Made by a program: the position numbers and the translations under genes. 64,000 nt of DNA from the human T2T-CHM13v2.0 reference genome, Homo sapiens. The stretch lies in NCBI RefSeq assembly GCF_009914755.1, contig NC_060938.1; one strand, given 5' to 3'. Positions 1 through 12,100 of the stretch are shown here, in pieces (the stretch's first letter is position 1; each line of letters begins with the position of its first letter). The notes under the pieces are model-generated. The model saw nothing but the letters and a program-made list of their open reading frames with translations, was not told where the DNA came from and made no database searches.

Positions 1-474
1 CATTCCTAATGGGGGATCAGCCTGTCCCTCCTCCATACAGCATGCAAAGTATGTAAGCCTCCTTACAGCATGCAAAGTGCTGATTTTCCCTTTCTCCCTG
101 AAAGGGCTTTGCAGACAGACTGGGAGCCTGCTCAACGCCCAAACACCAATATTAATCTCAGTCTCGTCAAGTAAGCCCCAACTTGAGCCAGACGGTCCCT
201 CAGTGTGTGGCACCACTGGTCCCATCTTATAATGGAGCAAACAGTATCTTGCCCAATACCTGCATTCAACCAGTACACGCAAAGCTGGGATTTGAACACA
301 GCTCTGTCTCATTCAAGGGACTCTGGTGTGCATTTTGCTCTCTGCTACCCATGGACCACAGAGACAACCAAGGCCTGAGCCACAGGCAAGCGGGGAGAAA
401 GAAAAACAGAACCACAGACAAATGCCAGAGCCCTCTCAGACCAACCATGCCAACCAAGGCTCGTAAAGTGTTTT

Positions 475-670
475 CTCTGTGCCAGACACTGTTCAAAGAG
501 CTTTACAAATGTTACCTCACTCAGTCCTCACTGTACCCTGGGAGGCACGATTTTTATTCCCACCTTACCGATGAGAAAACTGAGGCTCAGGGAAGCTGAG
601 TGACTTGGGCAGAGTCACACAGCTTGAGAGTGGCAGAGTCAGGATTGGAACTCAGGCTGACTCTGGAGAC
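475..670 (-). mobile_element. MIR SINE
   Basis: Reverse complement of the MIR core (gatgagaaaactgaggctcag...gtcacacagc...ggattggaactcagg). Confidence 0.8.
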
Positions 671-968
671 TGTAATCATCACCTCCCCACCCCTGTCAGC
701 TCCAAGTTTAGTTCAGCTTCATCCCCCTCTGGTTGCCAGCACAGGGCCTTCCCATTGTAGGGACCCTATTAATATTTGTGGAGTGGCTGTTTGACAGATA
801 TGATGTTTTGGAGACTGCAGAAGAAGGAAGGCTGGCAGAGCGGTGTGCTGGGTGTCAGACACAGACCAGGGTTGCTCACTGGGTGTCTTACTGGGAGGCG
901 CCTGGCTGCCCTTCCCAAGGAGAGCAAAGTTGCCCAGGATTGGGGCGTACATGTGGGAGGCATGCTTA

Positions 969-1545
<577 letters not shown>

Positions 1546-1664
1546 TTACATAAATTAATTTGCACAATGAGCCCTGTTCCAGGGAGTGACCTTGACCTTC
1601 AGTGTCTTCCTCTGTATCACAGGGACAATAATAGCACCTGTGCCACTGGATTGCTTTTAAATCT

Positions 1665-1935
1665 AGTGTTTTTTTCATAAACTTCAAAAAAAATTGAAAT
1701 GCAACATGCTTACAGAAAAGTGCATCCATTTTACGTACACAGCTTGAGGAATATCCACAGTAAACCTATCTGTATAACCAGCCCCCTGAACAAGAAACAG
1801 AACTTACACCACCAGAAGCCCCTCGCACCCTCCTCCAGCCATTAACCCCTCAGGTAAACACTGTTTGGGCTTCTAATACTGGATTAGCTTTTGCTTGCTT
1901 GTTTTTAACCTTTCTGTAAGTGGAAATACCAAATG
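1665..1935 (-). mobile_element. Old L1 (L1M-type) 3' fragment
   Basis: Resembles the antisense L1ME/MD 3' UTR (acagaaaagtgca...caagaaacagaac...ccagaagcccc). Confidence 0.55.
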
Positions 1936-1949
1936 TTGATAAAGATATC

Positions 1950-2257
1950 GACTGGGTGCAGTGACTCATGCCTATAATCCCAGCACTTTGGGAGGCCAAG
2001 GCAGGAGGATTACTTGAGCCCAAGAGTTCAAAACCAGCCTGGGCAACATGATGAGACCCTTTCCGTACAAAAAATTTTTTAAAGTAGTCAGGTGTGGTGG
2101 CACATGCCTGTAGTCCCAACTACACGAGAGGCTGAGGTGGGAGGTTCACTTGAGCCTGAGAGGTTGAGACTGCAGTAAGCCATATTTCCAGTCACTGCAC
2201 TTCGCCCTAGGTGACAGAGTGAAACACTGTCTAAAAGTAAATTAAGATAAATAAAAA
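1950..2257 (+). mobile_element. AluJ
   Basis: Diverged dimeric Alu with J-type ggaggattacttgagccc. Confidence 0.9.
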
Positions 2258-2375
2258 CTAGAGACATGGAGAAACTGGAACTCACACATGTTACTGGTAG
2301 AAGATAAGTTGTTAAAGCCATTCTAGGAAACTGATATTATCTACTAAAGCTGAATAACACCCCTACGTATGTGTG

Positions 2376-2717
2376 TGATATGCTTTGGCTGTGTCCCCAC
2401 CCAAATCTCATCTTGAATTCCCACGTGTTGTGGGAGGGACTCAGTGGGAGGCAATTGAATCATGGGGCAGGTCTTTCCCATGCTGTTCTCATCATAGTAA
2501 GTATCACGAGATCTGACAGTTTTATAAGGGAGAGTTTCCCTGCACAAACTCTCTCTTTGCCTGCCGCCATCTATGTAAGATGTGACTTGCTCCTCCTTGC
2601 CTTCTGCCATGATTGTGAGGCCTCCCCAGCCACATGGAACTGTAAGTCCATTAAACCACTTTCTTTTGTAAATTGCCCAGTCTCAGGTATGTCTTTATCA
2701 GCAGTGCAACTAATACA
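2376..2717 (+). mobile_element. THE1B-like solo LTR (ERVL-MaLR)
   Basis: TGATATG...CTAATACA termini, THE1 body (ccccacccaaatctcatcttgaatt), 5-bp TSD gtgtg on both sides. Confidence 0.9.
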
Positions 2718-3729
2718 GTGTGTCTGATGTATGTTCATGTATGTATGTGGTGTGTGCATCTATAAATATACTCACCGCTTCTCCAGATACTCCTGGAGCT
2801 GTATGAGTAGACATGGACACACCTACTATATACGTGGATTTATTGCAAGACAACCCTCTTCATAGCAGCACACTCAGGCACCTTCACAAGGTATTTGGTA
2901 CCTTCACAAGGTGGGGCACTACTCCCGGTGATAAGGTGGGGAGAGGCTAAAAGACAGGCTGAAGCTCACAGGCAGGACCAGCCAGGCCCCACCAGCCCTC
3001 AGAGAGGCTCCCTGAAATTATTTGTAGGAATCACTGCGGAAGCATGAGGAGCACTTAGACTCATGCCCAATGAGCTTGTGGTCATCGTGTTATTGTCCTC
3101 ATCACTGCAATGACCTCTCTAGATCCTCGGCTATGCTGCACGATGTTTCGATTGATTTCACCTTTTACATCCCTCACCTCTCTGACCTCAGCACAGTTGT
3201 GTAATAAACACAAGCATGGATAATGATGTGGGCTGGCTCTCAGGGCAGCAGGGAGCACCGGGAGGACCCTAATCCAAATCACCAAACCCACCTCTGCCAT
3301 GCAAGGTGGAGGACAGCCCTGGAGGAGCCGGGGCCTGCAGGAAATTTGTGTTCTGAGAGGTTCATGACCTGTGCAGGCTTCTTTGGAAGGCAGCTGGGGG
3401 TGTGTTGGGGCCGCCCTTTTCTTCTTGCTAACACCGCCAGGCAGCCGAGGTCCCCAAGTGTTTCTGGAGGAGGAGACAGTTGGCTGCAGGCTGAGGAGCC
3501 CTGGTACCAGTGAGTGGGGGCAGTGGAGATGCCCGCTAGTCTCAGGCCACCGCTGACTTGCTGTGTGACCTTCCTCCTTTCACTGCCCTCTCTGTGTGGC
3601 TCACTCTTCCATGAGGACGTTGGGCTGGGTGGCTCCAGAGCTGTTCTCCTCCTGCCTCCTCCCCCAGCTCACAGAGGTCTCACAGCAGCTCTTCACCCAG
3701 GTTGTTCTCCTTCCTTCTCGCAGCAGCCC

Positions 3730-3825
3730 TGCAATTTTACAGATGAGGGAAGTGCGGCTCAGAGAGGCTAAGCGATTTGCCCAAGGTCACGCAGATAGTG
3801 CCAGGTGGGGCTGGAATTCAGCTGC
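3730..3825 (-). mobile_element. MIR fragment
   Basis: ttttacagatgaggga...gctcagagaggctaagcgatttgcccaaggtcac. Confidence 0.7.
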
Positions 3826-3914
3826 CCTGTTCAGCCTCCACTCCACTTCCCTGGCCACCGTCCTGGCCGAGGCAGAGCCCTGGGTTGGTCTTCCCCACTG
3901 AAGTCTCCCTGGGT

Positions 3915-3985
3915 GATGTGCATTTCTGACAAGCTCCCAGGTCTAGCGGATGCTGCTGGTCTCAAGAGCAGGCTTTCAGCAGCGA
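3915..3985. mobile_element. MER5-like hAT-Charlie fragment
   Basis: tgcatttctgacaagctcccagg...gatgctgctggtc resembles the MER5A end. Confidence 0.45.
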
Positions 3986-4350
3986 GCTCTGTACATTCAC
4001 AGCCTAGTGGAGCATGCAGGTTGGCGAACAGATGAAGGCCAAGGAGCGTCAGGGCAGGCTTCCTGGAAGTGCCGCTGCAAGGAGAGAAGGAGGTGGCTGA
4101 GAAGGAAAGGGGAGACAAGTCCCAAATTCCAGCCCAGGCACAGAAGCAGCAGGGTGGGCTCCACATGGCCACTGAACCACAGGAGCTTGGAGCAGGATGT
4201 GATACAGTTTCTTGATAGACTTTTGGCATGGCCAGGACTGGATCCAAGTCAGTGTATAGGGACACCCAAACCGCTGTCCTGCCCGTTCCTCAGTCAGTGT
4301 TGTTTTTTTTACTATAGCAAAATATATAACAAAATTTACTATCTTAATCG

Positions 4351-4677
4351 TTTTTGTTGTTGTTGGTGTTGTTGTTGTTGTCGTTTTTAGAGACAGGGTC
4401 TTACTCTGTTGCCCAAGCTGGAGCGCAGTGGAACAATCATGGCTCACTGCAGCCTCAACCTCCTGGGCTCAAATGATCCTCCCACCTCAGCCTCCCGAGT
4501 AGCCAGGACCACAGGCGAATGCCACCATGCACAGCTAATTTTTTTTCTTTAATTTGTAGAGGTGGGGTCTTCTTATGTTGCCCAGGCTGGTGTCGAATTC
4601 CTGGGCTCAAGTAATCCTCCAGTCTCGGCCTCCCAAAGTGCTGGGATTACAGGCGTGTAAGATAGGCATGCCCAGCC
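4351..4677 (-). mobile_element. AluJ with (GTT)n-decayed tail
   Basis: Antisense Alu, J-type ctcactgcagcctcaacctcctgggctcaa. Confidence 0.9.
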
Positions 4678-5047
4678 CGTCTTAACCATTTTAAGTGTAC
4701 AGTTGAGTGGCATTAGTCCATTCACATAGTTGTACAATCCTCACTCCCATCCATCTCCACAGCCCATTTCATCTTGCCAAGTGGAAACTCTGTGCCCACC
4801 GAACAATAACCTCCCCCCACCACGCCAGGCCCCTGGCTACCACCAATCTACTTTCTGTCTCTATGAATTTGACTGCTCTAGGTACATCATGTGAGTGTAA
4901 TCATATAGTATTTGTCCTTTTATTTCCGGTTTATTTCATTTATATATCCTCAAGTCAAGGTTCCTCCGTGTTGTAACGTGTCAAAATTTTCTTCCTTTAA
5001 AGTTAAAAATATTACATTGTATAGATTTACCGCACTATATATATATA

Positions 5048-5337
5048 TTTTTTTTGAGACAGAGTCTGGCTCTTTCGCCCAGGCTGGAGTTGCAGTGATG
5101 CAATGTGGGCTCACTGCAACCTCTGCCTCCTAGGCGCAGGTGATTCTCATGCCTCAGCCTCTCGAGTAGCTGGGATTACAGGCGTGCACCACCACGCCTG
5201 GCTAATTTTTGTATTTTTAGTAGAGACATGGTTTCCACATGTTTATCAGGCTGGTCTTGAACCCCCTGCCTCAAGTATCTGCTTGTCTTGGCCTCCCAAA
5301 GTGCTGGAATTACAGGCATGAGCCACCGTGGCTGGCC
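5048..5337 (-). mobile_element. Alu (S/J)
   Basis: Antisense dimeric Alu. Confidence 0.9.
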
Positions 5338-5620
5338 TGGATTAATGGTTAATAATTAAAGGTTAATAAAATGGTTACCACATTTTATTTACTACTTACA
5401 CATTCATGGCTAACGATTAATGGTTAATAAAATGATTACTACATTTTATTTACTACTTACCCATTCATCCATCAATGAACACTTAGGCTGTTTCCACCTT
5501 TTGTCGATTGTGAATGATGCTACTAGGAAAATGGGTGTGCAAACACCTATCTGAGTCTCTGCTTTCTATTCTTTTGGGGGTAGACTCAGAAGTGCAATTG
5601 TTGGATCACATGGAAATTAA

Positions 5621-5935
<315 letters not shown>

Positions 5936-6756
5936 TAATGTTTTTGAAGACCTCAGTTGGTATGTTTCTATCACACATAGACCAACTAGCAATTTTAGGG
6001 GGGCTTCCCAACAGCAGCTGAGGAAGACTATTGTATTCCAGCATTAGTTAATGTCAAATGAACAGCTCCACCATTCTAGTCTTAAAAACCAGGTTTGAAC
6101 TCTTCACCATTGAATTTCTCTTGGAAAATGTTAAATGTCCGCCCAAATCAACATCAATAATTTGTTTCACTTGGCAAGGATAAATGTTTAAAATTTAACG
6201 AAGCCAGCTGATTTCCACAATCCCAGGTTGCCAAGCAGCAATCATGGTAATAAATGACCAATGCTTTTCTTGTAAGAAAAATGTTTGCATGGAGAGAGAG
6301 GGTCGGCCGCTAATGGAGAGAGGCTGGCCACCGGGCTTCTATAGGAAGCAAAGTGCAATCCATCATCCTGGAGTGTTGGCTTTGAAAATGCAGCGTGTCC
6401 ACTGGGAGTCACCGTTTTCCAAAGGTCCTCTTGCTGGCCCTGCTGAATCATAGTCCCATAATTCCCCCACCGCATAATATTTTTCCATCGCCATGGTGAC
6501 TGTGTGAGAAGAAGGCATGGTGAGAAACTTCAGGGATTACTTCTTATTTCACGGAAACGAGATTTGACTTCTGCTAAGAAGTGGGCTACAAATTTCTATT
6601 TTAAGGAGAAGAGCTGGGTTCCATGAACCAGAGCTTACTATAGCCGAGAGGGAGCATGGGTCAGGTCTGGTCCTGGTTCCAGCACTTGCTAGTCATTGAC
6701 TTTGGGCAAGACTATTTCTTTCCAAGCCTCAGTTCTTTTCTCTGTAAAACGGCATT

Positions 6757-7054
6757 GGCCGGGCACGGTGGCTCACGCCTGTAATCCCAACACTTTGGGA
6801 GGCCAAGGCGGGCAGATCATAAGGTCAGGATATGGCGACCATCCTGGCCAACATGGTGAAGCCCCAACTCTACTAAAAATACAAAAATTAGCTGGGTGTG
6901 GTGGCACGCACCTGTAGGCCCTGCTACTCGGGAGTCTGAGGCAGGAGAATCGCTTGAACCCAGGAAGCGGAGAGGCGGAGGTTGCAGCGAGCTGAGATCA
7001 CGCCACTGCACTCCATCCTGGTGACAGAGTGAGACTCCATCTCAAGAAAAAAAA
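6757..7054 (+). mobile_element. AluS (Sc-like), adjoining a MIR fragment (~6670-6750)
   Basis: ggccgggcacggtggctcacgcc...A-rich tail. Confidence 0.92.
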
Positions 7055-8152
7055 GAGGGGGATGGAGAATGGGAATTAGGGTTCTCTGTGGGATCCTTTG
7101 AAAAAAATGCAAGACATTTACAAATTGTGAGACCCTTTTCAAAAAACAAAAGCCAAATACAAGCCCCCCCTTATTTCAGGCCAAGGTGCTGTTGCAGGTG
7201 GCTTTGTCTTGCATTACTGTTGGCTGCTTTCCTCAAGGCCTCCCCCAAGTCCCCTCATTCACATACACATCTGTCACCTTCAACAAGACAGGGATTTCGC
7301 CATGAGCTTCAAGGAGACAGAGACTTTGTCTTATATTTATTCTGAACACCCCCCACACTACTTTGCTGAGCACACAACTATACTCAGAGCTGGCCTCAAG
7401 AAATCCTTGAATTCAAATTCAGATCCAGTAAATGCTTGCCAGGTCCCATCTGCCTTGGGCTGGTGGGCACAGGGTAAATCAGGTGGAAGAGGCCAAGTCA
7501 CCCTGATTTGAAGTCACTCCTTCGACTTCCCAGTGGCTTCTCCCAGAGATGGGGCACGGAGAAGTGATCCCACACGAAGGGTGCACATTGAATGTAAGAT
7601 TCATCCCAATTCCAGAAAGCTTCGAAAGCATAAAGGTGTGTCTTAGAGCGGAGGAAATCCAGCCATTACAATGCCACGTGCTAAGTGAAATTCTCAAGGG
7701 TGTGCTATTCTTAGACGTGACCCAGGGGAGGGAGGAACTCATTCTTCATGGTGGAGTGGTGAGATGGGGTCTCTGAGGGTCTCACGGAGCCGCTGTCTGA
7801 GCTGGGGTGGTGACGTCTGTGGCAGGAAGGATTGTGGGGTTGATGGAGCTGCCTCGGAGGAAGAGGGTCCAAAATGGCCAAAGGAACTCGGGCACAGGCG
7901 CAGAGACACAGAGCAGCATGATATGGCTCACGGAACTATCAGTCACTCCACATGGCTGGAATATAGCAAAGGGAGGAGGTGGGGGTAAGGCAGACAGGCC
8001 CAGGGCCAGGAGTGGCCATCTCTGTGACAGCACGGGATTACTGGGCACAAAGATGGGCGGAGCTTCAACTGTGTGACTCTTGCACCAGAACAGCTGGGGA
8101 AAGGGGAAGGTAGAGATGCATTCCAACAATCCCCAGGGCTGCTTCTGTGGTC

Positions 8153-8452
8153 TTTTTTTTTTTTTTTTTCTCAGATGGAGTCTCCCTTTGTCATCAGGCT
8201 GGAGGGCAGTGGCACAATCTTGGCTCACTGCAACCTCTGCCTCCCAGGTTCAAGTGATTGTCCTGCCTCAGCCTCCTGAGTAGCTGGGATTACAGGCACC
8301 CGCCACCATGCCTGTCTAATTTTTGTATTTTTAGTAGAGTTGGTGTTTTACCATGTTGGCCATGCTGGTCTCAAACTCCTGACCTCAGATGATCTGCCTG
8401 CCTTGGCCTCCCAAAGTGCTGGGATTACAGGCGTAAGCCACCACGCCTGGCC
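8153..8452 (-). mobile_element. AluS
   Basis: Antisense dimeric Alu. Confidence 0.92.
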
Positions 8453-9573
8453 TGCTTGTATATTATTTTTGACAGCAGTTTGGGGATCCAGGGTGACCCA
8501 AACTGGTATTGGTTGGTGGTTTCGATGTGGGTTTGAGGTTACCAAGAACTACAGACCCCTCTACCTAGTAGGGGAACCAACTGGAAGGCTCCCTGTCTGG
8601 TCCTCCTTTCTCAGCCAGCCTCTGAGCCCCACATTTGCTAGTGACTCTGAGCAGCGTGGCCATCTCCTCGGTCAAGTCAGCCCACCAGCGGTTTTGCAGC
8701 AGGTGCTGAGCACTCGGGGAGCTGGGGTGTCAGCACACAGACAGGGAGCACTGTTCCAAGGATCATTTTCTCCCATCACAGGGCCCTCACCGTGGGCACC
8801 AGCAGGAGGTGGCCCTTTGGAAGTGGAAGCACACAGCCCTTCAAGGCTTGTCCTCAGTAGGCAGTGCTGGCCCCAGCCCTGAGTAACCTTGGCCTCCCCC
8901 ACAGTGGGCAGGGACGCAAGCTCCTCTCCATTTCCAGGGATCCCATTCTCCCCAGGGCCATGCATTTAGAGCAGACAGGTCAGTTTCAATGGTTTGTCAA
9001 TCTGATATCACTTCTTTCTGAGACCTGACAACTAGTTCAGGGTGATGGTCACTATCAAGTCTCTGCAGTACCTGCCCCTACACTTGAGAAATCAGTCACA
9101 TGAGTTTCAGCATCAGGACAAATGTCATGATGGCTTCCAGATGTACCTGCCTTTAATGCTCAGGTTTTCTCAGGACACCACTTAAATGTAGGGACAATTC
9201 CTCCGAGGCTACATTCCCATGAGGAGCTGGCTGAGAAGTGGGCAGCAATCAGCACCAGCAGATCCTCCTTATCTTGTTCTTGCTCCTCTTTCCTCCTTTT
9301 CCTGGGAATAGAAATGGGTTCTGCTGAGCTTGGTCTGGCCCAGTTCACCCCTCCAACCACATTCCCTACCAGTCCCTTCTGTCCCCTGCAAGTTCCAGCC
9401 ACCTGATGGCCCATACATGCCAGCACAAACGTTCCCGCCTCTTTACTTTGCTCACTTTGCTTTTCTCTCCTTGTCCACCGGGTTTTGATGACACTTAACC
9501 TTTGTACCATTCCCCCCCATTTCCCCTAAGATAGTGGAATGACCCTCCTCTGTCCTCCTATGATCATCAGAGC

Positions 9574-9812
9574 TGTGTTTGTCAGTTTGGGCTACTATAA
9601 AAGAATATCATAGACTTGGTGGATAAAACAAGAGACATTTATTGCTCACAGTTCTGGAGGCTGGGAAGTCCAAGATCAAAGTGCTGGCAGATCTGGTGTC
9701 TGGGGAGGGCTGTCTTCCTGGTTCACAGACAATTGTCTTCTTCTTGTATTCTCACATGGTGGAAAGCAAAGAAAGACGAAGCAAGCTCTCGTGTCTTTTT
9801 AAAAAATTTCTT

Positions 9813-9845
<33 letters not shown>

Positions 9846-10022
9846 TTTATTTTGACCTGCATGAAGAGAGATCATGTCTTTTTTTAAGGAAATAAATTCA
9901 TTCATGTGGGTTCCACTCTTATGATCTAATCACCTCCCAAAGGCTCACCTCGAAATTCCACCATTTTATTAGCATTTCAACACATGAATTTTGGGAGGAC
10001 ACAAATGTTCAGTCCATAGTAT
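9574..10022 (-). mobile_element. MLT1/MST-type MaLR LTR
   Basis: catttattgctcacagttctggaggctgggaagtccaagatcaa...ttcaacacatgaattttggga...ttcagtccatag. Confidence 0.8.
9813..9843 (+). repeat. (TCTA)7 tetranucleotide STR
   Basis: Direct read. Confidence 0.9.
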
Positions 10023-10114
10023 CAGCTCAGTTACTTTACCTCCCTGGGCCTCATTTTCTCCATTTGTAAAACAGGGATGTTCCTATCACCTGGCGAAGTA
10101 ACAAGAATTATTGA

Positions 10115-10520
<406 letters not shown>

Positions 10521-10619
10521 TCCCACTGATATTATAATGATCAGTATCTGTCTCACCCACTAGATGCTGACTTTTGCAGAGTCAATGGCTGAGATGTCTT
10601 ACCTTTTTATTTATTAGAG

Positions 10620-12100
10620 TATATTTTTTGTCACCCTGAAAAAAGACCCCATACCCATTAGCAATTGGTCCTCATCTTCCCTTCCCCTCAGTCTCTGGGC
10701 AACCATTAATCTACTTCCTGTCTCTATGGTTTTGCCTATTCTGGACGTTTACTATAAATGGGATTATGGTCTCTTGCATGTGGCTTCTTTCACTTAACAT
10801 AACGTTTTCAAGGTTCATCCATGTTGAAGCCTGTATGAGTACTTCACTCCTTTTATGACCGAGTAACAGTTCATCGCGTGGATAAACCACATTTGCCTAA
10901 TCATTCATCAGCTGAGAGACATGTGGATTGTTTCCATTTTTTTGGCTATTACAAATACTTCTGCCAGGCTGGGCGCCATGGCTCACGCCTATATTCCTAG
11001 CACTTTGGGAGTCTGAGGCAGGTGGGTCACTTGAGCCCAGGAGTTTGAGACCAGCCTGGGCAACATGGTGAAACCCCATCTCCACAAAAGATACAAAAAT
11101 TAGCCAGGCATGGTGGTGTGTGCCTGCAGTCCCAGCTACCTGGGAGGCTGAGGTGGGAGGATCACTTGAGTCCAGGGGATTGAGGCTACAGTGAACCATG
11201 ATCATGCCACCATACTTCGGCCTGGGTGACAGAGTGAAACCCTGTCTCAAAACTAACAAATAAAAACCAAAACAAACAAACAACAAAACAAAAAATAATG
11301 CTGCCAGTTGGTTCCTTTTCATATTTTCTGTTTCTTGCCTATGTCATACCTTTTATTACAACACAGTTTTCATTACTTCATTGAATATTGTTATAACAGC
11401 TGCTTTAAAGTTCTTGTCTAACATTTTCAATATCTGGGTTATCTCAGGATTGGTATGTGTCGATTGACCGTTTTCTTGAGAAGAGGTTGCATTTTTCTGG
11501 CTCTTTGTGAGTGGAGTGATTTCGGATTGTATCCTGGATGTTGTGATTGTTCTGTGTTGTACACTCTTGATTGTGTCATATTGCTTAATAGTGTTGATGT
11601 TTTTGTTTCAGCAGACAATTAACTTGTTAGACTCACACCTCAAACTTTGTGACACTTGTAGAGGGCAGGGGCTCAGCTCTCAGTTTAGACTGCTTTTAAT
11701 ATGCCTTGCAAACTGTGTGTTTGGGCGCCAGCCAGAGAGCAGGGCAGAGTTTACATGCTAAATTTGGGGTTCTCCTTCTCTGGCTACCTCTTTTCTTGGG
11801 TTTCTCCCCATTCTCTAATAACCGTGGTTGTCCAGGGCTGCTTCTCTTGCTTCCTCTGTCCAGACAACAGACTTTCTACTGGAACACGGTCACCTCGTGC
11901 CACCACCACAAAGAGGGCTGCCCTGAAGACAGAGCTGTGAAAATGTGAAACTCACCCCCTGGGGGTTGATTCCTCTCCCTAGGTTTGGACATTGCTCCAA
12001 AACCTGCCTGCTTTTGTCAACTCTCCAAAGCCCTCCAGGCATTGTTTTTATTATTTTGTATAGCGTTTGTGTTGTCTGCAGGAGGTTTTTAGGACTTTTA
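10620..12100 (-). mobile_element. Old L1M fragments interrupted by an Alu
   Basis: tggcttctttcacttaacataacgttttcaaggttcatccatgttg and T-rich L1 body sequence. Confidence 0.6.
10967..11295 (+). mobile_element. AluJ
   Basis: Sense Alu with (A/C)-rich tail and degenerate TSD (aaatac/aat...ctgcca). Confidence 0.9.

Larger units (their letters stand above)
4310..5620 (-). mobile_element. L1MB-type 3' fragment interrupted by two Alus
   Basis: ttttaagtgtacagtt...ccctggctaccaccaatctactttctgtctctatgaatttgact...gtttccaccttttg is the typical antisense L1MB 3' end. Confidence 0.75.

Noticed and set aside
2880-2912. CRISPR-like palindromic repeat-spacer-repeat
   Set aside because: Only two 13-bp units with a 7-nt spacer, in primate DNA with no cas genes.
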